From: Tegillarca granosa
Lineage: Eukaryota
Assembly: GCA_029721355.1 (NCBI GenBank)
Contig: CM056605.1
Location: forward strand, 4,278,108-4,342,107
DNA: 64,000 nt
Reading direction: 5' to 3'
In this document: positions 12,927 to 26,480 of the stretch, in pieces
How the letters are laid out: each line of letters starts with the position of its first letter
How positions within the stretch are numbered: position 1 is the first letter of the stretch
Program-made: the position numbers and the translations under genes
Notes under the pieces: model-generated
Databases searched by the model: none
What the model was told of the DNA's origin: nothing
The model's input: only the letters and a program-made list of their open reading frames with translations

Positions 12927-13452
12927 TAATTTCATGATCTCAGTATTCAGATTGGAGCTCACCAAGTAGCCTCATCTCTGCCAACTGCATACCTTGGATA
13001 GAATTTTTAAGCAGTTTGACCTGGTGCATTTGGGGAAAAAATCACATTGTATTCAGAAATTCAACTCCTCTTACAACAGAAACAATGTTTTGATGTTAAA
13101 ATTGTCATAATATTTCCCTATAATACAAGAATCTGTATTGATGTATATATAACATATTAGATCATGGTGTTCATGTGGAATTACTCTTTCCACTTAATAC
13201 AGAATTGTGCATAGTTAGATACTTTCTGATAAAAAGGATAGTCTAACCAAAAATAGTAGAACAGAGATAGTTTCCATGATCATTGGATAGTATCACACGA
13301 TATTTTTACACAATTATTGATAGGTATCACATGAAATTTTTACACAAACATTGGCAGGTGTAACATGAAACATAGACAGATTTTATTGAGCTGACTTTTG
13401 AAAAATTGGGACAGCTTCTATATACAACTGTATATGTATATATAAATTTTAG

Positions 13453-13624
13453 GAGCATTAGGTGTCATGTATGAGTATGGTATTGGAGTCCAGCGGGATT
13501 TAGATTCGGCATATGTCTGTCTCAAAGAAGCTTCTGATAGAGGAAATGTATATGCAATGGGGAATTTAGTTGCACATTACTACAGACGAAAACTTTATAC
13601 CAAAGCGGCTGATCTGGCTTCAAA
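13453..13624 (+). CDS. LRP2BP: LRP2BP-like exon 5 (ALGVMYEYGIGVQRDLDSAYVCLKEASDRGNVYAMGNLVAHYYRRKLYTKAADLASK)
   Basis: Acceptor aaattttag|GAGCAT. Donor TTCAAA|gtaaga. Phases consistent. Sel1 repeat (ERGNVYAQGNL..YYY in the vertebrate protein). Confidence 0.85.
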
Positions 13625-14124
13625 GTAAGATTTAACTACCAATATTCCACAAAACCATTTTTGTCGAGCCTGGCATTGCCATAAGGCAAGACTTAGTTGT
13701 TACTTTTCTGGTGTCGGTGGCAGCAGGGGCAGCATGTCAAAATGTGAAAGTTTACGTTAAAGTCAAAAACTAACCAGGCGGGACATTTAATTCAGTGGAA
13801 TTCTTGTTTTTAAATATAGACTTTGTTTACTATGTTATGGAATATTTTCTCATTGACCCAGTTAATAGCTTCTATGAGGTCTTTGTGTATGTTGAAATTT
13901 GAGAAACAAGAATAAACCAGAAGCAGATGAATCTTTAACTTCTCAAATGTGATGATGGGCAGAAACCAAACCTTGTCTGCATTGGTGATAGACAATAACT
14001 CTAAACATCTAACAATTTCATGATATAATCATCTTACCTTTAGTTATCATAACACAGTTTTAAGGTTCTGATCCATAAAGCAATAACCAAATTCATATTT
14101 GTGTATTATTTTTGTATTTTGTAG

Positions 14125-14290
14125 AATATCTCATTTCAATGATGTGAACATTTTAGCATCACAGACAGAGTGTCTTCCTGGTTATATCTGTAAAGGTATT
14201 GCTATGGGATGTTTCTATTATGCTAGATGTTTACAAGAAGGTCATGGAGTTAAACAGAATAAAGAAGAAGCCAAGAAATATTATTCTAAG
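14125..14290 (+). CDS. LRP2BP: LRP2BP-like exon 6 (ISHFNDVNILASQTECLPGYICKGIAMGCFYYARCLQEGHGVKQNKEEAKKYYSK)
   Basis: Acceptor attttgtag|AATATC. Donor TCTAAG|gtaatt. Matches the LRP2BP C-terminal region ...[28 protein letters not shown]...AKHYYSK. Confidence 0.85.
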
Positions 14291-14492
14291 GTAATTCTTT
14301 TAAAAAGGTTTTCTAAAATTCACAACTGATTTTTTCACAAGAAGAAAGATTTGAGCCAATTGTTAATATTACTTTGTATTTCTGTCTGTAAATGTCTGTC
14401 TTATCACTAAACCTTTTTTATAAAGATGATGGATTTCTACATGAATTTTGATAACATTTGAATAAGGTGAAATTTGTTGAATTTTGTAGAGA

Positions 14493-15186
14493 TTAAAGGG
14501 TACCTGTAACGATTTTCAGTTTTGACATATTTTATTCGTCGTACTTAAATATGGCTGTAGCGAAAACTTCATAAAATTCCATTCTATAATAAGGTAGATA
14601 TCGGTGATTTTCTAACACATCTCTAGAAATCCAAATCAAAAAGGTCGATATCGAGGCTCCCGTGTTGTGACGTCATACCAGTAACATACCTCAACAGAAT
14701 ATTATTTATCACTACTAAAATAAGTTAATTCCGAACTCGTTGTTTAACTTTCTATGATTATTTTACGGGAAAACTAATTAATGAAGTGAAATTAACATCC
14801 GTTAGACACGTACCGATAATTAAGATTATTATTAATCCTTTTGTTTATTAGACACATTCCTTAGATTAAGACCCACACCTGTAATTAACAGGATGTAACT
14901 TATAATTTGCAAAATTGATTTACAGGTTGATAAAGTTATCTTACGACCTGTAATATACAATAATATATTTACAATTCGAGTAAAGTAAATATATAATACA
15001 AATACCAGTTAAATTTTGATGTGCCAGATGTGCACATTTAGGAAATTCATTCCTCATCAGTGAATTTATTTGGTTAACGTTATTTGTCGTATACAGTATA
15101 AAAATTTCCCTTCCGGAAAAATGGATATTTCATTTTTAAATTTTAAAAAGGTAAGAAAAAGAAATTTTTCCCTAGTTTTCATGTCT

Positions 15187-15236
<50 letters not shown>

Positions 15237-16617
15237 TTTTTTTATTATTATTTTTATTATTATGATTATTATTGCTATTATTATTATTATAGAATATATA
15301 AATTTTAGGCAAAATTAAAAATTGACGACCAGAGTAGTCTATTTAAAACAACTCTATTGATCTACTTACAGCATTTGATTTGATTAGATTTTAGTTGTCA
15401 CTTTTTCTTGGGCATACATTTAGCTGTGATTTTTTAAAATTCTTTATCATCCATAAAATTATTATTGTTATTATTATCTTGTTTTTTTTAATGTGGTCTC
15501 ATTCCAAAATATGTGTCATTTCATTTTAAACATTTATATATTTCGCGTAAAATAATTTGAGATGGAATATCTTGTATTTTTCCTTTTTAATTACCACCGC
15601 ATTAATTTGTCATCGGACAGTTGAAAAGAATTATGTTACAAACTTTTAATTGTGGGAACGTCTTCCAATTATCGAGGAAATGCAATGCCGCCAGACTACT
15701 TAAAAGTTTTCTACATCACAGTCATTTAATTTTAACTGTCAATAAACATTGAACAAAAGAGCATAGGCGATTGAATTAAGTTTATGTATTGATTTATAGC
15801 CGGTGCCACTGTCATGTGCTGATTTTGAATGCATTATTTTAATAGAAATTCAAAATCAGCACATGACACCGCAGTAAGTTCCATAATATTCATCCAGTAG
15901 TCTGTCCAGTCCGACTTGATATTTAATTCATTTTAAAATGTCGACGATAAAATTAATTTTTCATATATTTGAAAAGTTAAAACTAATCGCGTATTTTTTG
16001 TTATAACGGTTAGCAACTTATCGTTATTTTCGAGTCGGTCCAGTCCGATTTAATAAAATAATTTAAAAAAAAAAAAAAAAGAAGTCAAAGATATAATAAA
16101 TTTTCGTGTTATTGACAAGCTAACACTCGTCACGTATTTTTCAACAGCTATGCAACCAACTGCAGTCAAAATTCTTGAGTAAGTCGGGACTCAGATAAAT
16201 ATGTTCATCGGATTCGTCCGTTTTCCGTTTCTGGTTCGAATAAATACGGTTATACTCCAAATTCATCACTTATAAGATTGTCTACTGTTTCCCCAAATAA
16301 TAACGAACTATTTTACATAATATAAGGTATATGTCAAAGTCGTTACTTTCTTCTACATACGTCGATATATCATCATTGTTACTACTATCTATTATGTTAG
16401 ATACGACTTCTAATACTGCAATGACGTCACACATTTATAACTTAAAACGAGGCGTTTCACTTTGCGATAAAGAGAAAGTTAAAAAATGTGGATTTCAAAC
16501 GGCTATAACTTGTTTATTTTGTCACCAATTTTGATGCGGTTTTCAATATTGTCATATTTAAATAATATTTAAAACAATTTGTACAAAAAAAAATTTGGTT
16601 ACAGGTACCCTTTAACA
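14493..16617. mobile_element. Non-autonomous DNA transposon (2.1 kb) with 14-18-bp perfect terminal inverted repeats and TTAA flanks, in LRP2BP-like intron 6
   Basis: Left end gagaTTAAagggtacctgtaacgatttt (14493-14510). Right end ttggttacaggtaccctTTAAcattg (16600-16617). It is an exact reverse complement over ttaaagggtacctgtaac. No transposase-length ORF lies inside. The interior holds a 20-bp-arm palindrome (15811-15867), a diverged roughly 150-bp internal duplication, (TTA)n at 15189-15300, and unusually frequent CpG for this window. Confidence 0.7.
15189..15300. repeat. (ATT)n microsatellite inside the TTAA element
   Basis: attattattattatt... with interruptions. The ORF track 15070-15318 is a poly-Leu/Ile artefact of it. 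Confidence 0.85.
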
Positions 16618-16970
16618 TTGGCTGATTTTGTAGAAAAAAATAGACCCTTATCTTATATTTGACATTTAGTGACATTGCATTTAACCATATACATACAATG
16701 TAACCTAATCAAGAAATTACAACTATATTTCTGTAAGATATATTTCAACCTCAACAAAATCAAGAATTAATACAAACGCCGAAGACAGAGTTATGCCCCT
16801 TCAAGAATATACAATTACAATCTTCAGAGGTTCACATCACTATGTTGTTGTTGGTGGTGGTGGTAAAAAAATTTTTTCTCATAGGATACAAATAAACTGG
16901 ATCACTTTAAAGCCAATACTCATTCCTTACAAACTTGAAAATAAACTTTACTCTTACCTTCTTATTTCAG

Positions 16971-17036
16971 GCATATCAATATGACCCAGATATTTGTGCA
17001 CGTCTACAGGGACTGACACAGCATGGTGTGATATAG
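16971..17036 (+). CDS. LRP2BP: LRP2BP-like terminal coding exon 7 (AYQYDPDICARLQGLTQHGVI*), stop TAG at 17034-17036
   Basis: Acceptor cttatttcag|GCATAT. Phase 0. In-frame stop. The total CDS is 1071 nt (356 aa), close to the about 347 aa of vertebrate LRP2BP. Confidence 0.75.
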   Translation, partial: AYQYDPDICARLQGLTQHGVI

Positions 17037-20000
17037 CAATTGTATTTATCCATTTCTTTTTAGATATCACTCATAAGTATATTTAAAAAAAAGCTTTGCC
17101 AATTAAGTTTCACTGATGTTAAAAATGAAAAATGAAGTCAGTTGTCAATAAGTACACAGGATATATTAAATTGTTAACCATCTGCAGTAATGAAATGAAT
17201 ATTTAACAAAAATAGTTTCTGTTGATTTGCTTATCATATTTTTGATAGTTTCATTTAGAAGATGGTTTAATTAAGAAAACAATTGTGTTTTCAAACTTTG
17301 ATATTTCATATGCTTTCGTTTACATTTTGTAAAAAGTGTATGGTATCATGTATTATCAGATATTTCATATATCAAAAGTCAATGTGTAATTAAATCTCAC
17401 AATCAAACAGCTTTAATTATTCCTGTATCTGTTCTTATAATGATGTACCTGGTACTGACAAAATATGTGGTTTAAGGTGATACTTTCATTTAAAGAACAC
17501 TATTAGGTTTAACCCAGTTTGGTAGTACTTCAAAAGAAATTTAAAGTTAAAGAATCTTTAATTTCAGTTATTATTATTGATATTGTATCTTGTCTAGATC
17601 ATGCAACATGCTCTTTTTGCATAAAACAAAGATTTTGTAAGATACATGTATTTTTGATTTTTTGGTCAGTATTTTAATCTGTGCTAAAAAGAATTAATTT
17701 CAGTGCATTTTTAACTCCTATCAACAGTCTTAAAATGGCCCACCAATAATTGAATTGCCTATTTAGTATTTATTTTTAGTGCCTTTATTTACATGTATAT
17801 AGAATTGTAATGCCCAAAAGATTTTGTTTTTTTTTAAATCAGTTATACAAATGGAGTAATGTTTGCCAAACCTAAATCTTCAGGTACTATGTTAATTCAG
17901 GAATGCCATGTTATGGTTTATGTTTTAAAATGTAAAATTTTCATTAATTTGTCTGTAGAGAAATAAACATGCATATTAATATATAAATAATGTTTTCATA
18001 TTCAAGCTTTGCTATAAATGGAATTATCCTTAGATATGTTTTGCTTGATGTGGCACTCTGCAAACTTTTAAAAAGAAAAACATCAACTCACCCGGCCTGA
18101 CTCTATAAACAAGTTTTTGTAGTTAGGAGAGATTGGATTGGATTGAAAATCAAATATTTACATGAATTAGAATTGGTTACTAGTAAGTTAATATTACTTT
18201 AAATCAGGATTTTTTTTGGGGGTCAGTTAATTTTCATTACTATAAACACATAAAGAGATTGATACTTTTATTTTTGCATTGCCTGATGATGGTTTGTGTA
18301 AATGTAATACATGTATATCAAGATAAAAAAGTGAAAGTTTTATTTTCACATCTTGTCACTCAAATTTACGTGAAAATAAAACAAACTCGAGAATTTCTTA
18401 ATTTATGACATGCCTTGCTTTGTTGCATTGTTAAGAGTAAGCATTCATGTTCACCAAAGTTTCAGTTTTAAACAGTATATAGGTATATTTTATTAATAAT
18501 TAGGATATAAATATTCTAGTTTGTTTTTTACAGACTTTGTTAAAATTTGAGTCATACCAAAGATGCCTACCATTAATGTATTATCTTATTGTTGTAGACA
18601 TTCCAACCTGATATATACATTGTATTGTGATTAACTCATGCCATCAGCTATTTATGGTGGAATTACAAATTTCCTTAGTCATTTAGAGGCTTGCCCAAGT
18701 AAAATTTAGTTTAGATACTAGCTTCATTAAAGAAGATACCAACCCCCCCCCCCCTTTTTTTAAAGTGCTTATTTGATGCCTTTTCTGTTAAAATTTTTTG
18801 AGTTTCATTTTTAATTTCATGGGTCTTTAAGACCCCTTTTTTAGCTTGTGTTTTACCATAAATGTCTTGTTAGCTTTTAACAGATTAATAATCAAACTTT
18901 TGTTCTGATTAATTAAAAGTTGTCTCCCTTTAAGAGTATTTTGTTCAGCAAGTTTACTTTTTTGTTTCCCTTTAAGTTTTCTTTTGTGGTAAAACACATG
19001 TGGTATTGGTCATATGAAGTATATTTATTTACCTTTCAGTTACTGATATGATGATAAATTTAATTTATGGTCCATTTTTCATTTCCTTTTTATTGTGCAC
19101 ACTATCTTCTTGGTGGTTTTTAAAAGTTGGTTATCTCCCTTTGATGGTATTATTTGACAAGTTGCAATACGTTAGTTAGTAGATTGATACTTTAGTGTTG
19201 AGAATCACTGTAGATTTATTGATACCTAGTGTTAAGAATCACTGTAATTTGATTAGATTTGTTATGTTTTATATAATCAATAATTTATTATTACCCACAA
19301 GCTGTGATATATATATATAATTATGGGTTGGACTTAACTGCTGAGTACACTTATTGTGAAGAGTTTACTATTTTATATTTTATGGTGTTTTTTTAATTTT
19401 TATACGCATGTTAAGATTTGTTAATTGTATGCATATCCAGAATTTTTCTTATGTCTTTTTGGAAACAGATTTTTTAAAAATTCAGCTCACCAAAATTTGA
19501 TGGCACTGGAGCTAATTTAAATGAAGTTAATTATTATTATTTTTTTTATTTTTAGATGTTTAATATAAACTTGTAATAAAATATGTGGATATAGAATTTA
19601 TGTACTTATGTACAAATAAGAAATTGTTAGAAATTGATGAATTTTTGTCTCATGAGAGTTAAAACATGAATAGCAAAATTTAATTCTAAATATATTTGGT
19701 TTTAAAATCCAAAAATTATTAAAGAATTCATTATTATTATTATTATTATTTCTTTATTAGTCTTGCTGGTCAGTATACAATAGTCATTTTTCAAAGAAGT
19801 ATTTCAGAAATTTTTAATCTTATTAAATCTTATAATAAAGCAATTTAAAATACAGTAAAGAAAAGCAAGCATTAGCAAATAAATTTAAAAAAAAACAGAT
19901 AGCAGTGTTTTATTTTATATCAATATAAACCAGTATCTTGACCAGCACACCAACTGCAATGTTATTAAGCTTTTAGATTCATCATACATGGTATCATGCA

Positions 20001-20555
20001 ATGCAAATATTGACCAGGGACAAAGTCACTCAGTTAACCAGTGTAACACTTGCAGTGGTCCCTTCTGCCCCTGTTTAAACAGTTATAGTTGAATATAACT
20101 TGATATGTATTTCACATGCTACATTTATGATTACTTTAAACCAAGTAACTTTTTATGGAGGTAAAATGAAGATGTTTATCCTACTTGTGTTATTTATATT
20201 GAGTAAAATATCACCAGATACCAGGTAAAATTAAAGACATTGATGCACATGCAATGAGTGATTTCATCAGACCACATCAGATATGACATGTGGCTGTTGT
20301 ATTTTTAGGATATAAGGATGGAGTGTATTGGATAAATGTTTTTTACATCCTCAGTCAAACTTTTTAAACTTATTCCAAGACAGTCAGTTCTAGGATGGTG
20401 AAGATAAAATGTTGACCTTTGGCAAGCAGGCTTTCTCACAATAGGTTACTGAATGCTGACCTATGTGACACAATTATATGATTTCCATGATTACTTCATG
20501 TAAACATTCATAACCAAACTACAACACAAATTAATGGATGCTGACATTTGTTGCA

Positions 20556-20752
20556 TTCCTATGACACTATGGATGCTGACATTAGTATTATACCTATGAC
20601 ACAAGGGATGCTGACATTAGTAGCATACCTATGACACTAGGGATGCTGACATTAGTAGCATACCTATGACACTAGGGATGCTGACATTAGTAGCATACCT
20701 TTGACACTAGGGATGCTGACATTAGTAGCATACCTATGACACTAGGGATGTA
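20556..20752. repeat. 35-bp tandem repeat, about 6 copies (gggatgctgacattagtagcatacctatgacacta)
   Basis: Direct head-to-tail copies. It shares the ggatgctgacatt core with the adjacent 40-bp satellite. Confidence 0.85.
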
Positions 20753-20805
20753 CATTTGTATCAGAGAAATGACTCAAGCTTATGACATGAGTTATGAAAT
20801 ACAAA

Positions 20806-22455
20806 TGGATGCTTGAATTTGTGTTCTTGTTGCTGACATACAACATAATTACTTGATGCTGACATTCTTACCAGAGATAAAACATATGTAACTAGATACT
20901 GACATTTCTATTTCTTGATGCTGACATTCCTTCCAGTGATAATGCTGATATTTGTACCAGAGCCATGGTACAAGTTACTAGATGCTGTACCAAAACTATG
21001 TCACAAGTTACTGGATGCTGACATTTGTACCAGTTATAGCAAGCCCTGGTTTCACAATCATTCCTTAACTAAGATTTAGTTTTATGAAAAATGTTTATTT
21101 TTAATTAAAAAAGAGAAAGCCAAAATTTGCCAAATTTAAGTTAAGAAAAATCTTAGTTAAGAAATTATTGTGAAACCGGGGCCATGCAGGTTCTGGATGC
21201 TGAAATTTGTACAAGAGCTATGGCTTAGGTCACTGGAATGCTGAAATTTGTACCAGAGCCATGGTACAATTTACTGGATGCTGATATTTGTACCAGAGCC
21301 ATGGTACAATTTACTGGATGCTGATATTTGTACCAGGAATATGGCTAAAGTTACTGGAATGCTGACATTTGAACCAGAGCTATGGTGCAAGTTACTGTAT
21401 GCCCATATTTGTACCAGAGCTAAGGCTTAAGTCACTGGGATGCTGACATTTGTACCAGAGCTATGGCACAAGTGAGTGGATGCTGAAATTTGTACCAGAG
21501 CTATGGCTTAAGTCACTGGAATGCTGACATTTGTACCAGAGCTATGGCTAAAGTTACTGGAATGCTGACATTTGAACCAGAGCTATGGCTAAAGTTACTG
21601 GAATGCTGACATTTGAACCAGAGCTATGGTGCAAGTTACTGGATGCCTATATTTGTACCAGAGTTATGGCTCAAGTAACTGGAATGCTGACATTCGTACC
21701 AGAGCTATGGTACAAGTTACTGGATGCCTATATTTGTACCAGAGCTATGTTACAAGTTATGGGATGCTGGCATTTATACTAGAGCTATGGCACAAGTTAT
21801 TGGGTGCTGGCATTTGTACCAGAGTTATGACACAACTTATTGGATGCTGACATTTGTATCAGAGTTATGACACAAATTATTGGATGCTGGCATTTGTACC
21901 AGAGCTATGACACAAGTTACTGGATGCTGACATTTGTACCAGAGCTATGGTACTAGTTACTGGATGCTGGCATTTGTACCAGAGCTATGGCACAAGTTAT
22001 TGGATGCTGGCGTTTATACTAGAGCTATGGCACAAGGTATTGGGTGCTGGCATTTGTACCAGAGCTATGGCACAAGTTATTGGATGCTGGCATTTGTACC
22101 AGAGTTATGACACGTCTTATTGGATGCTGACATTTGTATCAGAGTTATGACACAAGTTTTTGGATGCAGATATTTGTACCAGAGCTATGTCACAAGTTAC
22201 TGGATGCTGACATTGTATCAGAGTTATGACACAAGTTACTGGATGCAGATATTTGTACCACAGCTATGTCACAAGTTACTGGATGCTGACATTGTATCAG
22301 AGTTATGACACAAGTTACTGGATGCAGATATTTGTACCAGAGCTATTTCACAAGTTACTGGATGCTGATATTCGTAACAGAGTTACAACATAAGAGGATA
22401 CTGATTTTTGTATTACTGGATTCCCTAATTTTTACCAGTGATGACACAAGTTCTA
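20806..22455. repeat. 40-bp tandem satellite, about 38 copies (tggatgctgacatttgtaccagagctatggcacaagttac), interrupted by a MITE at 21045-21180
   Basis: The period is 40 throughout. Overlapping ORF-track peptides 21248-22517 are repeat artefacts. Confidence 0.9.
21045..21180. mobile_element. Palindromic MITE (about 135 bp) inserted into the 40-bp satellite. TIR gcccYggtttcacaat...
   Basis: Left gccctggtttcacaatcattccttaactaagattt. Right aaatcttagttaagaaattattgtgaaaccggggc. About 28/30 TIR match. The satellite periodicity resumes on both sides. Confidence 0.7.
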
Positions 22456-25400
22456 GTAAAACCCAATGCTTCAATATGCGTATTTTGTTTCCTTTATTTA
22501 ATACTTTAAAATTGTAAATGGACATTTCATATGCTTCAATGGCAAGTATAAATACAGAAATCAAAAGAACAATAATTCTTTTATCACATGACCAAACCAA
22601 ATACATTCACTGATTATTACATATGCAATGAAAACACGGACTCAATCAAAATTACCAAATAATTGTACAAGTGTCATTTGCAACACACATACAGTGTATA
22701 TGTATGAAACAGGAATTACTTTTTAGCACTTTTTTTACCAACCAGTAAAAATTCTTAATTTCAAAATCTTCAATTTTTAATCTATTAATGTCATAAATCA
22801 GTTAAAATTAAAATATCAAGGTTATTTAAATATTGCAAATTCATTTTCTAAGAAAAATAAACATTTACCATATACATAAGATGTACATGTACTTACATAT
22901 AAATGCATAATTAGCATATCAGCTTATAAGCACGATGATGACATCAGTGGCCATTTTTGTCAATCTGAAATGGAGTTCTAAGATCAATGGAAAATAATAA
23001 TTTAAAAAAAAATACTGAATAATTTGTTCTTCTCTCAAAATGACACCTAAGCTCCCTTCATTATTTTTAATTAATACAACTAAAACTCACCACATATTCA
23101 CTTTTTTTAAAAAATATATTTTTGCACTATGCAATTGGTTATATAAAAGTATAGCATTTTCAGTAAGCATAACATGACATGCTGTGTGAATTGGCCTGAA
23201 TTACTGCATGACAACTAGTGACACTTGTATACACAGTATATGATGTACCATGCTGAAGTTTCTTCTAACTTGAATGGAATTAATAACAATAATTAACATC
23301 ATTTCTAAACTCAATTTTAAACATTTCTCTAACGGCATATATACAACAAAATCTGACCTCTATGAATGACCTAATAATTTGATCAATACAAATATTTTTT
23401 CTAGTAATTGTAAAGATAAAGGTTGTTTTGACACAATAGAATATGTGTTATATACAACATGTATGAGACAAAAGCCTTGTCTCACTTAGATATAACATGT
23501 ATTTATTATAAACATGCTTTTTATGATGATCCATTGTTTAAAATGATTCTGAACATGTGCTATTTTATGATTATCCATTGTTTAAAACAAGTCCTGGGAT
23601 AAAGTCTACACCAAACCATGTCTGTAGCAAGGTTTATTTTGACTGCTTTAAAATAAAATAAGGTTTCATTGAACCTTTTCAATTTCACCATTATTTTAGA
23701 TATTTGATAAGTTTCATCATTGTTAAAATTTGTTACTATAGATGAAGTAAGTGAAAAGATTTATTGAGGGGAATAAGATATGGCCATTATAGACAAGTGG
23801 ACACTAATGAAGTTAGACTGTAATATATGGAAAAAATGAATTTAATTTACCATTCAAATTACTTATAATTACATTTGTTATAGAGTCAGAATTCAAATAC
23901 AATTAAAACAGAAATGACTAGGATAGGATAGACTGAACACAGATTTTGTGATTCAACAAATAAATACATGTAAATCAATAGAAAAGCTATTTACATAACA
24001 AAACTAGAGGTTTATCATGTGCAGTATAGTCATTTGCCATGGCAATAAAAGAAAGTCAAAGATAGGTTTGACCCTGTGACCTTGACCTTTGACATAAATA
24101 CCTATGTGTGATATACAACACAATATATTTGTTGCAAGTTTAAAATCTGTCTGTAGAAAGAAAGTTATGGAGTGGACACAATTTCACACCAACAGACAGA
24201 TAGACCAGGTGATTCCTATATACTGCCTTACAACTACATTAAAGTTTGCAAGAGTATAACAAGGTACATGTGATTGTTACACCTTTTATATGAAAATAAG
24301 ATACTGCAAGTGTTATATCCAGGCGAGCAGAAGGTTTGGTGCAAAACTAGTATTTTCTAAATGTTATAACTGCATACTTATTTCCATTTATAATACTATG
24401 TTATATTATGTAACAGGTAACAAATATCACGAAAAGGATGCTTTTTGACACCTTTAGCAACTATATTCAACTAAAACTTAATAATCACCTAAAGTTTGTT
24501 ACAAGTGGCCCAATAGGATCTGATATGCTCAACTGACAGTATTTTTAACAATTAAGATTTAAAGAAAACAATGCCTGATCAAGCTGCCATAAAAAAACTT
24601 TTCACTACTCCATCTAGGGATCTTCCACACCAATTTTAAGTTTTTTTCCAAACCTTCTCAAACTAAACTAGTAGGTTTAGAGAGAAAAAAATTAAAAGTT
24701 CATGAAAAAAAACACATACACTTCACCATGTCATAAGCCTAGCTGGCTACAGCCACTTAATAAGTACATGTATTTGCTATTAAGTGGTGGTATATTTCTC
24801 AAACCAATGCCATTTTGTTTTTCAGTTAAACATGTTAGTAGTCGGAATATACTCCCTACGTCCTTTCACAAAAATTCTTTATGAAAAGACTACCTTAAAG
24901 ATTTAAAACTAAGCAGACAGGTTGTTTTGTCATGGATAATAAATCAGTTTTAATCAGGCACTATACATGTACCAGTATATATTAATCTTTATTTTTTCCT
25001 GAGTACAATTTATAATAAAGAGATATATATATTAATATATTAAACAACAATATTTTTAATTGTAGCATACATGTTTTAAAACATTTTTCTTCAACATTTG
25101 AATACATCAAAGCATATCTGAAGCTGATTTACCTATACATGTGCAATGTCAATCTTTCTAAATTTTTAATTATCATGACACGAAGAATGAATTCAATTTC
25201 AGTCAGGTGTTGATATATTGAATTATTGCAGTACACTCTTCATCAGCACCGTAAAAATGACAAAATAATGATAATAGTACCCAAACAAATAATGGTAAAT
25301 AAAAACAGTATAATGTATGAAATTCTTCCTAGTTTGGAAAATTAATCAACATATAATACAGAGAGCTTTAAATCACCACTGAAACCTGTATAAAACTCGG

Positions 25401-26462
25401 AATTTGGAATAGTATGAAGAAATAAAATAAGGATCACTACTAAATGATAACATGCCACCATGTACATAACATGCTTGATATGAATAAATATTTATTATCA
25501 TCCAACTGTGAGAATGAACTAGAGTAACACCTAATGGTCATAAATTCACATCCATATACGCTTAAATATAGTTTTTATATTATATCTATATTATATATTC
25601 AGCTTAGTTATATACTATTCTATAATGAAAGACTTCAATAAAATGATGGAACTAGCTATATATCTGACATACTTCTTACATAAGCCTTACCTACAATACA
25701 ATAGTCATCAACAAAATTTAAACATACTTACATACACAAACTTTTACAATATACCTGTACTGAACGACTATCAAAATTTAATTAAAACATTAAAAAGAAA
25801 TTCCAAAATTAAATGTGAAGTTCCTTTTTGTAGTATTTGAAACTCTAATACAAAAATCCCACCCTACAGAACATTAAACCCAAACTTTCAATTTTTTACA
25901 GGAAATATCTTGTCAAATTTTATTTTAAAAAAAAACCACTAATGGTAAATTTAAAATCTTTGACAGAAACTTCACTGCATTAACTTTGAAATATCTTGAT
26001 TTGTAATTTTTTTTTGTATACATTATAATTATGCATCTGTATTAATCAAAATCACATAAATTTAAATATGTATTATATAAAGTCTGTATCATCCTCTTCA
26101 TACTAAAGGCAGCATTGCCAGCCTGTTCATTTGCCAATCAAAAAAAATCCAACTTGTAAAACTAATAGTAAAAAATATTTAACACTGAATACTCATGCCC
26201 AGTGGTGTGATGCTAACTGGTGAAGCAAACCTTGAAGGATAAAATGGCTCATTACATCATGAGACATTCTTAAAGCAGTTTACTTGAACAGCTACAAGAA
26301 CTACATAAACTTTATGTGAAGCTTGGTTATCTTTAAAACCTCTACAATGTAAAGAGATGTTCTGTTAACTGGGCATATACAGAAGTAACCTCTTTTAATC
26401 ACAGACAAGTGGTTCTTATTTAGTGATTTAAGAGTACATGTACTTCTCACTATACCTTTTTT

Positions 26463-26480
26463 CAACAACAACAACAACAA
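26463..26480. repeat. (CAA)6 microsatellite
   Basis: caacaacaacaacaacaa. Confidence 0.8.

Noticed and set aside
21248-22606. A chain of 60-83-aa ORFs (MAKVTGMLTFEPELW… and similar)
   Set aside because: They are translation artefacts of the 40-bp satellite, with the same peptide words repeating every 40 nt.
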